Assembly (NCBI GenBank): GCA_965645245.1
Contig: OZ287069.1
Coordinates: 62,001 to 126,000, forward strand
Origin: Massalongia carnosa
Lineage: Eukaryota
Direction of reading: 5' to 3'
DNA length: 64,000 nucleotides
Both the position numbers and the translations under genes were made by a program. The first letter of the stretch is position 1. Each line of letters opens with the position of its first letter. The notes under the pieces were generated by a model. It saw only the letters and a list, made by a program, of their open reading frames with translations. It did not search any database and was not told the DNA's origin. Positions 46,715 through 59,170 of the stretch are shown here, one piece after another.

Positions 46715-47847
46715 ATGAACCTCCCTCCACCTACCTATCCTCCACACCAGGGTCAGCCCTGGTAAAACGCCTCGTCTGGCACGGACACTCGGCGGACACG
46801 AGAAAAGGGTACGGGACGGCGATCGACTCATACGAGGCATTCTGCGCGACGACGGGACGCACGTCGTGGCCTGCAACAACCGAGTCCTTCGAGGAATGGC
46901 TAGCCGGTCGACTATACGGGGGCGGCACACCCAAGCAGGGAAAGATAAAACCAGAGACGGCAGCGAGCTACCTCGCCGGCCTCAGATCATACCATGTAGA
47001 CCGAGGATACGGCCTCACCCCATTCGAGGGGCCGAGACTTCAATTGATGCTGAAAGGGGGAAAAAGGATCTTTTCTCAGACAAAAAGAAGACGCCTACCC
47101 ATTTCAAAAGAATTACTGACAAAAATCACCAGTATTCCCGCTCATTCGGCCGAAGACCTCAACATCGACGCGACATTCAAAGTTGCATGGGCAGGGTTCC
47201 TCAGACTCGGGGAAATCACCTACACTGTCGCCGATCGTAAGAAGACATCTTTTCAGAGATTGAAACCTACACGAGGTGACATCTCATTCGCCGAGAACGA
47301 TCAATACGCGACATTACGTCTCAAAAGAAGCAAAACAGACACAAATCACTCAGGAGTTCAGATAGTGCTGGCAGCGACCAATGAGAGCACTTGCCCCGTG
47401 ACAGCACTACGGCGTCTTTTCAGAAATGATCCTCAGCCATCTACATCCCCGCTTTTTCGTCTCGGCACCGCATTCACCAGAGCCTCCGTCATAGCATCCC
47501 TGAAAAAGAGACTGATAGCCGCCGGCATCAACGACTCGGCATACTCGGGACACAGCTTCAGAAAAGGAGCAGCACAACACGCCGCCGACCACGGGATGCT
47601 GGATGAGAGTATTCAGAGACTCGGAAGATGGTCATCAAACGCGTTTCAGCTATACTTTCAGACGTCCCAGGCCTCACTATTCAATTTGAACCTCAGTTTT
47701 CAAAAAGGCATCCCTCTGGCAGTCTCACGTGCTGTCGTCGCCGAGACGAATCCTACAAACTCCTACCCCTACTCAATTGGGCATTCCATTGGGCATACAG
47801 GTCAACCAGGGCATCGATCCGGAGCGCCGCCGGGCACCTCCATCTAG
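46684..47847 (+). CDS. Tyrosine recombinase of YR-2
   Basis: FLRLGEI, RSKTD, SGHSFRKGAA, LGRWSSNAFQLY. Confidence 0.92.
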   Translation: MPSLAEPIQLDEPPSTYLSSTPGSALVKRLVWHGHSADTRKGYGTAIDSYEAFCATTGRTSWPATTESFEEWLAGRLYGGGTPKQGKIKPETAASYLAGLRSYHVDRGYGLTPFEGPRLQLMLKGGKRIFSQTKRRRLPISKELLTKITSIPAHSAEDLNIDATFKVAWAGFLRLGEITYTVADRKKTSFQRLKPTRGDISFAENDQYATLRLKRSKTDTNHSGVQIVLAATNESTCPVTALRRLFRNDPQPSTSPLFRLGTAFTRASVIASLKKRLIAAGINDSAYSGHSFRKGAAQHAADHGMLDESIQRLGRWSSNAFQLYFQTSQASLFNLNLSFQKGIPLAVSRAVVAETNPTNSYPYSIGHSIGHTGQPGHRSGAPPGTSI

Positions 47848-48189
47848 ATCATCGCCGTCGGGCACTGCCGTCGGGCATCATCTATCGGATCGTTGAGCGT
47901 CAGCAGACGCCTCGGGCCTAGAAGATGAGGTTCTCACCTCAGCACCGACCCCGAGTCACGTGCCTAGGCCTGCCCGGGCTGACCTGTGTCGTTCCCATGC
48001 CCAATCAAATTCAAGCATTCAAATCAATTCATCCAATTAAAAGCCCCCCCCAGCGCAAGCGAAGGTAACGGCACCGATAAGGGTCATAGAAGAGATAATA
48101 TGTGAGCTATATGAACGTGCTTTCTGGGCCTGCCTCGTCCACGTTTAGGAGATGGAATGGGAAGTATAGTGGTAACTGATTCTGACGGA

Positions 48190-49796
48190 ATAATTATGTC
48201 GGGGGCCATGATGGCATCATAGGTAGGAACTTCGGTCTGGTCTTTGGAGATGGCGTCTTAATGAATGCGTAAATCTTTGACCCTGATGACCCTGATGACC
48301 CTGTAATCCTTTCAAGATATACCCGATAAATAGTGCATCCATCGTAGCCGCACAGAATACCACGTTGAGCTCGAGGTGAGAATTTAGCCGATTTGCTGTT
48401 GATGCCTCTCCGTTCTTCTTTATGAATAAGAACATAGACAGTGGATCCCAAAACTCTTAGATGGTTCAGAGATGGTGGTTTTGATTCATAGAATTCGTAT
48501 GGGCTTTTGCCGGATAGAGCATGGGTAGGTCTAATATTCTTGACATGAACCATTGCTAGAACTATTTCTGTCCATAGATAGTCTGGAATGCCTCCCTTGA
48601 TAATAGTGTACCTGGTCATGTTCATGGTGGTTCTGCTTGCTCGTTAAGACACTCCGTTCTGTTCCTGAGAATGCGGAGCGGAGGGTTCATACGTTATCCC
48701 TTCTTTGAGGAACCATTCATTTGTTTTTTGACTTCGAAGTTCTGTACCAAAGTCAGTGCGAAAAATGCTGATTGGTTTGATATTTCCAGATTTGTTTTGT
48801 GCCAGATTATAATAAGTCAATAGAAGAGTAAACCATTCGCTTTTCTTGAGACCAGTATAGACATGAGTGTATCGACTAGCATCACAGGTGAAGGTGTTGA
48901 ATTGCACTGCCCTCGTTCTGGAAGTTTCTATGCTTAGTCAGCTGAATGTATATTAGCCGCTCTTCTCCCTCTATAGAACAATCAACCGTCTCAAGTTTCA
49001 ACAGAAGGTAAAGAAGTAGAGTTCATTCTGAAGTCCTAGGGGCTTGATGGGTCCAGCAAGATCAGAGTGAACCTTCTGGGATAATTCCTCTGTCTTCTTC
49101 TGAGTTGACCGATTATATTGCTTTGTTGTCTTTCCTAGTTCACAGGAGGAACAGTACCAATCATCCTTGATGTCATCCAGAAACGATACGTCTAGACCTT
49201 TTAGATATTTCCGACAGCTTGATATGTTGAGGTGGGCGTGCCATGTTGTCAATTTCACCTTGCTGGACGTGTGATAAATCGCCGTCTCAGGCTATTGAAA
49301 GATATCGGCTTCTATTCTTGTAAGATGAATAGCCAGGTCTGGGGTGTGCAATAATGAATAGTAAAATTCACGTGTATAATAGCATGATTGTCATTGAAGG
49401 TATGGATTATATGTGAGCTATCTACTTCATTATATAGCAGTCACATTGGAGACCTTTCGGCGACCCTTTTTATAAGGAGTCAGCCGGTCCACTGAATCTC
49501 CGTCCCCGGAGGTCACCTCGGTCCCCGTGGTAGAGTCGCCGAAGATAAGCATTAGATGGATGCCCATGATGGTAGTCCTTACCATCTGACATGCAAGGTC
49601 TTCAGCATGAAGTAGGTATTGACTCTTGGTGCATAGCCTATGATGTCTCTGGTTGAAAGAAGAAACAGATTCCAGTTCAGATTGTCAAAGTATACCTTAT
49701 GTTGAAGACTGACAAGATTTACTGGACATTGTGAAATGTAAAGAACGTTTTTTAAGGACGAGTACTGACGAAGGTGCGTCATCTTCTGTATTAGGT
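48190..49796 (-). pseudogene. Degraded Copia pol fragments (protease end, GAG-pre-integrase, integrase)
   Basis: LKNVLYI..CPVNLVS, WHAHL..CSSCELGK, RTDFGTE, QEQNGVS, HLRVLGS. Confidence 0.8.
48895..49003. mobile_element. 109 bp solo LTR
   Basis: TGTTGAA...TTCAACA with TSD GAAGG; removal restores the integrase frame YFFTF|TCDASR. Confidence 0.85.
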
Positions 49797-49801
49797 AAGA
49801 T

Positions 49802-50702
49802 TGTTAAATAAACAGTTGACGGCATAATGTTGAAATTACTACGGAGGTGACTGCTTATAGCAGTCATGGCAGCCTGCAGGGCTGAGCTAGAACTAATGGG
49901 GCTAAGCGAGTATTCCAACACTCCCCTTCGAGCGTGGCTCCCCTTTCGCCTCCAAAATTGAAACTATCCAGCTTTTATTTCTCCCCTTGCGAAGTGATTC
50001 ATCCAGCTGTGTCCGATTCGCTCCCCTTGCGGAACGAATCTAGCTCCCTCTGACTCCATTTTCCCTAAGCACGTAGTTCTTTCTTATGTCTTTTGTTGTC
50101 CTGCTTTGTAGCCTCATTAAACCCATAACCATGTCTCGAAACGTAGCTTTTGTGAGTGTATGGGTAGATGGGAAGAGTACTATGGACGTGTTTTATTGAT
50201 GGCCTGAGCAGGGCTTTTCTCGATGTCTCTGTTAGACATTTTCCCGCAGACCATTGACGTTGGTGGCCTGATCGCAGGGCTTTTATCTCCCCTCGCTGAT
50301 CTGACCAGTAATGCAAGATGTGAAGTCTTCGAGGCACCGCCCGTTGTAGATGTCCTCCTCAGCACGTTTCGTACGTACACCACTTTCGATGACGTTTCCG
50401 CTTCGTTTCCGCTTCGTTTCTCATCCCTTTCGATGTCGTTTCCGCTTCGTTTCCGCTTCGTTTTCGCGCTTTCCACGTCTGAACTTTCACCTCATCATCT
50501 TCTTGATCCAACATGATAGTACGTAGTCTATGCATGAAGGATGCCGTCGGAGGGGCGCAAAGCACAAACCCGGGCTCATAACCTGTTAAACAAACAGTTG
50601 ACGGCATAATGTTGAAATTACTACGGAGGTGACTGCTTATAGCAGTCATGGCAGCCTGCAGGGCTGAGCTAGAAGTAATGGGGCTAAGCGAGTATTCCAA
50701 CA
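49802..50702 (-). mobile_element. TRIM (miniature non-autonomous LTR retrotransposon), 901 bp
   Basis: 119 bp LTRs 49802-49920 and 50584-50702 (2 mismatches seen); TSD AAGAT; minus-strand PBS GGTTATGAGCCC and PPT GAAGGGGAG; no TE coding domains. Confidence 0.92.
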
Positions 50703-51360
50703 AAGATGTATAGTAAATCGAAGTGACCTGCCTGATGCGGTATAGCCTCACCAAATGAGCGAAGAGTCTCCTCGCCGCTTCATCGTGACTGATATTTAAA
50801 TCCGCCCATCCCCTCTCGCTGATTTTTCTCGACCTCTTGCTTTCGTTGACTGCCTGGTTCTGTTCAGGCTTTTCCTCGATCATACAGCGTTCCGCCGATC
50901 GCCAATCCTCTGCTCGTTCAACTCTGACTAACCGTGTAATGCTGAGGATGTGCTCCGCCCTCGCTACGTTTTAGATTTCTGACCGTGACCTTGCTGGGCA
51001 TGGATCGTGTTGCGAATGCCAAGCCAGCTGGATCATATCTGACGTAATATGCGAATGCCTTCGCGTATTTTACTGATATGGGAATAGCTACATCTGAGAA
51101 TTTCTGGTATCTTCGATGCTTAGAAATTCAGGTCTATAGACATTCGAGGAGAATCTCGAATGTTCTGTGATCAATATGTATATAGCATCACTCCTACGCA
51201 TAGCATAGAGCTTAGTCGCAATAATCTGAATTGTTTCATTCATAGAAGTTTTGTACTATCAAGAGACTTCTGGCACTCTGCCACCTATTTTCTGTGCATT
51301 GGGTCCATCATTCTCTATCCATCCCTCCTATTTTAAACAATTAGCAACAGTCCCATAGCC

Positions 51361-53099
51361 GTGAAGCATGTTGGGCTACTTCCCGACTTTATGAAAGATC
51401 ACTATGGGTCGATTGCTAGAAGGTTCCAGGTTTTGTTCAAGCAGCGGGAGATCAGCTTTGATCTTCTCTGGGTCCTATACAAGCCTAATTCCCTGATATA
51501 CACTACTTGTCCCGGGACTGGGAAGCCTCGATGCGTCAGATTCATCTCTGCTGAAGTGAAGACATCTGTTCACAAAGGCAAATATCTCAATATGGAGTGC
51601 CGCTATTTGCACAATGATAGCAAGCGCTTTGGAGAAGCTACCATTGACCTTGACATATCGGAATTTTCTTGGGTGCAGAAAATTAACAACCTTAGTGCCT
51701 TCCCGCTTCGTTTCCATAAAGACGAAGAAGCCGTCCGAAGCCAGTTGATTGAATGTGGTCGTAAGTTTGTGTCTCTACAGGGGCTTCATCATCGGCATTA
51801 CCATGGCGAAGCATTCTACATGCGGAAGGGTGTGCCAATCAAACTCCATGTGAGCAGCAGAGTTATGGTGGACGCAGTTTCCCTCAAGGAGGCCAATCCC
51901 AATTACAGCATCCCAAAGATTCAGGAATCTTCTGATGGCGTACACGATTTCGCAATACTTACTTGGGAAGATCTATCTTCCACCGCCTCGCAATCCACAG
52001 TAGAGCGGACCCTCTCTGCACAAGACATACAACACGAAGATCTGCTCATCTGCAGCCCGACCGTTTTAGGTTATTCCTTACAAGATAAGCTATGGCGTAC
52101 GGAAATCAATCTTCCTTTTAGAAACGGTGTTGTATCTGACACATTGAATATAGTCGAGTTCGCTGTGGCGGAGCTGAAAAGCATTGAGTGGGATTCAATG
52201 CCATTTGAGAGCCTTGAGCTTAAGCCTGAAAGGAAGATGCTAATCCAGGCTCTCGCGGAGAGCGTCGGGCCCGGACAAGATGGTATTTCGATGACTTTGT
52301 GCGGGGGAAAGGCTAAGGAATTATTTTTCTCTTGCAGTACGGTTAATTATCAATTGGTACGATAATTGCTGACACAGCTGCAGTGGACCGCCTGGTGTCG
52401 GAAAAACATTGACGGCCGAAGAGATCTCGGAACATCTTCGGAGGCCGCTCTATTCGGTATAATGAGTGTATTGGTGAAACTTCGCCGCTGACATGCGATA
52501 GGTCTGTGCCGGAGAACTGGGCTCAAGTGCAGAGAAACTTGAACAGAACCTCGAGAAGATCCTTCACCTTGCCAGTCATTGGAATGCGGTTTTATTGCTG
52601 GACGAGGCCTATTTCTTGAACAACGCACCTCTGGATTACATACCAACAATTCTCTTGTTTCTGTCTTTTTACGGATGCTTGAGAATTTCAAGGAGATTAT
52701 GTTTCTGACGACCAATCGCCTGAAAGCCTTTGACGAAGCGATTCTTAGTCGAATACATTTCTCTCTAAGGTTCGATTGTCTAGATAAGCAAGCTAGGACG
52801 AACGTATCGACCAACTTCTTAAAGAAGACGAATGCGCCAACCATCGGTGCGAAGCAAGTGGAAATTTTAGCGAGGAAGGAACTTAATGGCCGACAGGTAC
52901 GGAATGACAAAGCTTCGAGAATTCGCTGACCAAGTGGCTTCAGATCAAGAACATGATGCGAACCGGACTTGCTCTGGCCAAGAAAGAAGGTTTCCCATTG
53001 GCATCTTCTCACCTAAATGTTGCAATCTGTGCCACTGAGGAATTTGAGGTCGACTTCAAGGGTCATGGCTCTATGGAGAGTCTATCTCACTATACGTGA
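51361..53099 (+). pseudogene. Fungal AAA+ ATPase family gene, probably pseudogenised
   Basis: ISFDLLWVLYKP..SRVMVD N-terminal region; Walker A GPPGVGKTLTAE near 52385; Walker B LLDEA; FLTTNR..FDEAILSRIH; LNGRQ. Short introns and apparent frameshifts. Confidence 0.8.
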
Positions 53100-53504
53100 T
53101 CGCATAATGGCGTCGGCCAAGTTGCCAGTAACTATTCCCACGAGTAGCTATCTGTTGAGGGCTCGATTCGATTATAACGATCTTTTATATTAGGGTATAC
53201 TGTTTTGAACGAGTTCGCGTTGGATAATTGCGACAAGCTAATACAATGTGACTTTGTTCGCGATTGTAAGGAAGCTGTCGTCGATTCTAATCAACCGCTA
53301 TTAAACTAAAATTTATCTACAAAAGAAGAAAAGAATTATTGTGCGCGACTCGCTAGAAATATCTGCACCGAGTGTCGCGCTAGCCTCGTGTGCTCCCGTG
53401 ATCCCCACTTCCATCTCAGCCTTATGTCAGGCTAGGACCCTGACACTATCCCCCCCTTCTATTGGCGAGGTCTCCGAAGCGCTAAGTGGCAGGCGCCCTG
53501 CCAG

Positions 53505-56500
53505 CTAGCCTGATTCTTGATTATCATCTATTTTTGTTAGATCATCTGGTGGTTTGGGTTTCTGTGGATGTTCTCGATGGTATTGGAGGATTTTGTCCTT
53601 TGAATTCTTGAAGTCTGTCCATGGTTGCCAGTAAGGGTTCGCGTTCCATTCATCCCAATTTCCAATGAAGGTTGCTTTGTACTGCACCCCGAACTTTCTT
53701 GTTTCGGGGCAGTCTATTATTTCGAGGACTTCCCATTCTTCGTGGGCCTCCTCTTCGTCGTTTTCGGTTATGGCTATGGGCGATCCAGGCGGTAAGACTT
53801 GTCCGGGGAATGGGTTGGAAGGTGCGAGATGTAGCTTCCACGGATGAAAGATGGGGGTAAGCCCGACGTTCTTTAACTGATCCGGGATCTCTAATTCGTA
53901 TGCCTTATTGTCGATAATTCTTATTATCTTCCATGGTCCTATGTTCTTGAAGCTTAATGATCTGCTGGGTCTTTCTGAAGCAAAGTGCTTGGCGTTTACA
54001 TAAACCATGTCCCCGATTTTGTATTCGAGGTGAGGTTGACGGCCTTTGTTTGCGTGTCGTGTTTGTTCTTCCTGAGCCCAGGCTAATTGATCTCGGAGCC
54101 AGGTTCGCATGGCTTCTTGACGTTCTATGATTTTGTCAGCATGCAGTATCTCTGCTTTTCCTTTTCCTTCGTATGTGCCTGGTGGTTCGATGCCACAGCG
54201 TGGGTGGAAGCCATGGTCTGCGAAGAATGGAGTCATTCCCGTTGATACATTTACATGAGTGTTGGCGGCAAACTCTGCGTCTGAAAGATAATCCACCCAG
54301 TTGTCTTGTGTGTAATTGACGTATGCTCGGAGATAATTTTTCATTACCTTGTTGGCGTTTTCGGTTTGACCGTCTGTTTCGGGATGCTGTGCAGATGAGA
54401 ATTTTATTCGCACCCCGTATCTTTCGCAAACTCTTTTCCATAAGTGAGCGGTTAGTTGACTACCGCGATCGTTGACTGTTGATATAGGAAATCCGTAAGA
54501 GGAGAATAATCTCCTGGACATCGCATCCATCAGTTCATCAGTAGAGAGAGAGGTTAGTGGTTCGTATAATCGTCTTTTCGTTAAACGATCTACTATCACT
54601 AATATGTGTTGATAGACTCTGTTTCGTCTTCGACATTCTGGAAGGAATTCGACGAAGTCCAATGACACGTCCATCCATTTTCTATTTGGGATGGGAAGAG
54701 GATTCAGCAGGCCTTGCTTCTTGTCGTTGTATGCTTTTGATCTTCGGCATACGGAGCAGTTAACTGCGTATCTCTTGCAGTGATCCTTCATTTCAAACCA
54801 GAAATAATTTTCTCTCATTATCTGATACATACTTTTGTATCCCGGATGGCCCTGTAATGGTGGTTCGTGATGCTTTTTCAGTAAATGTAGCTGCAATGGC
54901 TTGTAATCTGGTACGTATAGTCTTCCTTTAACATACAGCTTGTCGTTTTCTAGTTTGAGGTCCCCCATCGCTAGCTTTATTCCTCTTTATATGAGGTTCA
55001 ATGGGAGTTTCCTCAGTTCCTTCCTCTTTGCTGCTACTATGTCTTGAACTGTTTCGTCTTTTTCGTAAGCTTCTTCAATTAGTTCCTCCAAAGTCTTCGT
55101 TACTGAGCTCTCGGTCTCGTCGATCACTGATGTAGGTTCTGCGTTGGGTTCCTCCGATCCTGTTGTGTCTTCCTCGATGAATTCGCTTTGATTATCTTGA
55201 TTGTTATCGTCGTCGTCGTCCGCTGTGTTTGCGCAGAACACGACTGCTAACGCTTTTCGTACATCGTCATCTAGTTGATGCTCTTGAAGCAGCGTTTGAA
55301 ACTGATGTTGCTCGCTGATATCTTCGAATCCTTTCGGGAGATCTTGAGAGCGTCGAGTAAGCGTATCCGGTTTCTCTCCTTGCTTTCCCGGTCGATACAT
55401 AATCTTGAAATTAAATTCGGAAAGAAATTCGGCCCATCTGGCTTGCCTTCTGTTTAGCTGCTTCGTGGTCATGAAGTGCTCTAAATTCTTGTGATCGGTG
55501 TATACTTTAACAGGTTTATCAGGAGCAGCACTTGCAACCTCGGGGCGCCAGACTTCGAAGCTTTTTACAATAGCGAGGAGTTCCTTATCATAAATCATAT
55601 AGTTACACTCGGCAGGGGTCATCTTCTTGGAAAAATAGGCTACCGGTTTCAGTACTCCATCGTGCATTTGAGAGAGTACTCCGGCGCTGACGAAATCTGA
55701 AGAGTCAGTCTCGACCCATGTTTCCAGGGCCGGATCGTAATGTGTTAAGACGGGAGCGGTGGTGAACGCAATTTTTAAATCTTCGAAGGCCTTTTGACAA
55801 TCTTCAGACCATACGAACGAATTATACTTGGTTCGTTTCTTTCCTGATTTCGTCGTTATTTGTTCGCCCTTTGTTAATTCTGTTAACGATCTCGTCCGTT
55901 GCGAAAATCTCGATATAAATCGTCGATAAAAATTCGCAAAGCCTAAAAATGCTTGCACGTCTTTTACAGAGCCTGGGGTCTCCCATTTCAGAATCGCCTC
56001 GATTTTCTCCGAGTCCATCTTTATTCCATCGGTGGTAACTATTAATCCAAGATACTTTACTTCCGTCACAGAGAATTCGCATTTGTCTATGTCCACTTGC
56101 AGTCCTTTCTCCTTCAATCGAGTTAGAACTTTTAACACTTGTTCGGAATGCTCTTCTTCCTTTTCGCTATAAATTAGGACATCGTCCAAGTACGCAGTGC
56201 AGAAGACGTCTAAGTATTCTCTGACTGTATCGTTAATGAAGCTCTGAAAGGTTCCCGGAGCGTTGCAGAGACCGAATGGCATTACCAGATATTCGAACTG
56301 ACCATATCTGGTATTGAAAGCCGTGAGCCATTCGTGGCCTTCCTTCATTCTCATACGATTGAAAGCGGTAATCACATCCAGTTTTGTGAACTTCTTGGCT
56401 TGTGATAGTTTTCCCAAAGTTTCATTTATCAACGGTATTGGGTACCTGTTCTTGATCGTGATGGAGTTTAAGGCTCTATAATCTACGCAAAATCTGAAAC

Positions 56501-57449
56501 CACCCCCTGGTTTTCTAACTAAAAGAACGGGGGCTGCTGCGCTTGACGAACTTGGACGGATGAAGCCTTTTCCCAGATGCTCGTCGATGTATTTCTTAAC
56601 CGCGTCCAATTCTTGTTCTGACATGGGTTTATAGTTCCTTACGTACGGAGCTTCTTTTCCCGCTTCGAGATTTATCTGATGATCCTCCTTCCGGTGTTCA
56701 GGCAGTTCATCCGCCTTGTGCTTCATGAAAACATTTATTACGCTGTGATAAGCTGCTGGGACTCTCTTCAACAACTCCTCTCGGGTGTATTCCGGTTTTC
56801 CCTTCATGAACTTGTCGTAATCTCCTGATGTCACTGCTCCGGTGGTAGTTGCGCAGAAGACCTTCTTTGTTTCTCGAGGAATCCATAGATAGCCGTCGTG
56901 ATCCTTCTTTCTGGCCATTCGAAAGAGGTGTTTTGCGTTGACTGGAAGAACTTCGATGTCTTCCTTAGGCTCGATCCTATTCTTAACCTCGCTTCCCACA
57001 GCGAATTCGGTGCAAGTTATCCCTCGTGTAAGACATCCTTTTTCAAGACAATGTGATGAGTTGAACTTCATCGTTCTCTCTTTCCAATTGATCATTGGGT
57101 TGTGCGTTTGCAGCCATCCATCCCCTAAAATGACTGCATACGCTTCTAGTTTTGCCAAATAACATAAGACTTGCTCTTCGTGATCTCCGATTTTCACGTC
57201 GATCAAGGCGGCCTTCGAGAGGAGCTGTACTACCTCTCCATTTCCCAAAGTAAGTTTGACCTTCTTATCCAATTTGAAGGTGTTCAGTTTGTGTTTACGC
57301 ACAATGGATTCGTCAATGAGTTCAGCTTCACTTCCATTATCGATAAGTAAACGGGTTTTAATTCCAGCTATGCTAGTTTTAAAAACTAAATGCATGCCCT
57401 CGATTTTCTTTTCAGTATCGCGGACAGCACAAGTAGAGACCCTAACCAT
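53505..57449 (-). pseudogene. pol: Gypsy-D Pol (PR-RT-RNaseH-IN-chromodomain), one frameshift near 54985
   Basis: LIDNGS, FRFCVDYRALN, YLDDVLIYS, ETDSSD, GHPG..CSVC, DRGSQ, GQTENAN, WEVLEII..WQPW. Confidence 0.9.
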
Positions 57450-57523
57450 TTTCGTTTCAGTGTCACCGTTCCCATTAACAACCTCCTTGTTTGTAAGCCC
57501 TTGATCGCGATTTCGATCAAGGA

Positions 57524-59170
57524 CTAGGCTTTTCCCGCCTCAGAGTCCGCTCCCGAATCTGTTTCTTCTGTCCTCATGGTGCTCAAGTTCTTGTCCCTGT
57601 ATTGAGGACAAATGGTATCGTTTCCTCGATGTCCTGATCCCCTGCATGCCCAGCATCGGCGTTGACGGGAGAGGGACTCGCGCTCGTCGTCCTTCAGCTT
57701 CTTTGGGTTTGGGTCTGGATCATACCAGGTGCCTACCCAACCGACCGGTTTGACTATCGTTGGCATCAGCTTCGCATTCGGCCGATCATCAGATTTCTTG
57801 GAGCTGGTTTGATTGATGGAGGATGAGGCGGACTTTCCGCCGGAGGACTGGGTTGAGGATTGTCCGCCGGAGGAATTGCTTCGTTGGCTGGAATTCTTCG
57901 TTGCGGCTGGTTTATCGGGACGAGGAAAGTGGTGCGCCACATCTTTGCGGCGGTCTTCGATTCTTCGTGCTTCGTCAAGTAAAGGGCGGAAATCAGTAAA
58001 GACTGAACCCATAAGAGAGTTGGAGATGCTAGGCTTTAACGTCACGAGGAACTTCTCAATTCGCTCGTCAACGGAATTTTTGGCTTTCTGCCATAGCTTG
58101 AAGATTCGGTGATAATACTCGCTGACGCTTTCGCCCCCTTTCATGGTGACGGTGAGGAGTTCTTTCTTGGCGTCGCGGCTCTGGAGGTGAATGCCCATAT
58201 AGTGCTCTATCTCTTCGAATAAAGCGTCGGCCGATAGTGAGTCTCCCATATCCACTATCCAAGAGTGCATAGCCCCGAAGATCGGCTCTTCCATTTGAGA
58301 CAGCGCGTAACCGACCTTTTCGTTCTCATCGGCGTAGAGGGGTGCGTCTGTCTTCAGTTTATTGCGGACGGAGTACGCCCAAGGGCTATACTCCTCCGAG
58401 TCCTCACCTTTAAGTGGCTTGCTAGGGTTTATACCATGGGGTCGCCAATTCTGGGGGTTGGCGTTGGTGCTTCGGGTAGTAACGGTATCTTCTCGTTGAT
58501 GACGTGGTGTTTCCCGTGTTTCCGCTAACTGGCGGACCAGGGAGTCTATGTCTTTCTGTAATCTCTCTTTTGCTATAGTCATTGCCTCCAATTCGATATC
58601 TCTATGCGATAGTTCTTCTTGCGCGAGAAGGGCCTCTCGTTCGGCATCGTCTTTTTCCGTGATGAGACGTTCATGTACTTGTTTGTAACGTCTGTTGATC
58701 TTTTTGGCCTCGCCAAGCTTCTCCAGGTCGCCCTGCAAGGAGATGTATTTGTTGAATAGGGTCTTGTCGTATTCGAGCGCTCTCGCGAGGAAGTCATACC
58801 ATCGGGGTCCTTCTTTCTCGTCTCGCAAGATGCTCTGCAATTCCTTCAAATTGTGTGCTGCAACGTGGGACGGATGTTCCGTGGCATCCTTCTCGTAATA
58901 TGGATGATTGGAGACATCGATCTTCTGAAAAAACTCCTTTTCTTTTTCACGTCCTGCTCTTGGGATTTTTCCCCACGTCCCCTCCGTTGTTTCTTTAATC
59001 TGTTCGTTCTGAGGTAATTCGGAGTCTTCAAACGTTCCCGGCATGCAGCTATCCGAGCGAGACGAATGACGGGAGACGGAACGAGCGCGGGTGTTAAATG
59101 CTAGGCCGGTCTGGGCCTCTGCGGGAGGGGCTACGGCCTTTCTCGCCGTCATTGGCGTTTTTGAGCTCAT
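57524..59170 (-). CDS. gag: Gypsy-D Gag
   Basis: Position after the 5' LTR; Zn knuckle CWACRGSGHRGNDTICP; ends AGKA* over GGGAAAA. Confidence 0.88.
   Translation of the reverse strand: MSSKTPMTARKAVAPPAEAQTGLAFNTRARSVSRHSSRSDSCMPGTFEDSELPQNEQIKETTEGTWGKIPRAGREKEKEFFQKIDVSNHPYYEKDATEHPSHVAAHNLKELQSILRDEKEGPRWYDFLARALEYDKTLFNKYISLQGDLEKLGEAKKINRRYKQVHERLITEKDDAEREALLAQEELSHRDIELEAMTIAKERLQKDIDSLVRQLAETRETPRHQREDTVTTRSTNANPQNWRPHGINPSKPLKGEDSEEYSPWAYSVRNKLKTDAPLYADENEKVGYALSQMEEPIFGAMHSWIVDMGDSLSADALFEEIEHYMGIHLQSRDAKKELLTVTMKGGESVSEYYHRIFKLWQKAKNSVDERIEKFLVTLKPSISNSLMGSVFTDFRPLLDEARRIEDRRKDVAHHFPRPDKPAATKNSSQRSNSSGGQSSTQSSGGKSASSSINQTSSKKSDDRPNAKLMPTIVKPVGWVGTWYDPDPNPKKLKDDERESLSRQRRCWACRGSGHRGNDTICPQYRDKNLSTMRTEETDSGADSEAGKA

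Larger units (their letters stand above)
43790..48060 (+). mobile_element. Second tyrosine-recombinase retrotransposon (YR-2, Ngaro-like ORF set); ends unresolved
   Basis: gag-like, RT/RNaseH and YR ORFs in the same order as YR-1; no split direct repeats found; boundaries approximate. Confidence 0.82.

Noticed and set aside
48098..49421. 13 bp direct repeat atatgtgagctat as a TSD
   Set aside because: No element termini inside it, and Copia-derived sequence continues beyond it; significance unresolved.
50065..50883. ORFs overlapping the TRIM as cargo genes
   Set aside because: They are short, cross LTR boundaries or derive from the ttccgcttcgt microrepeat, and show no recognisable domain.
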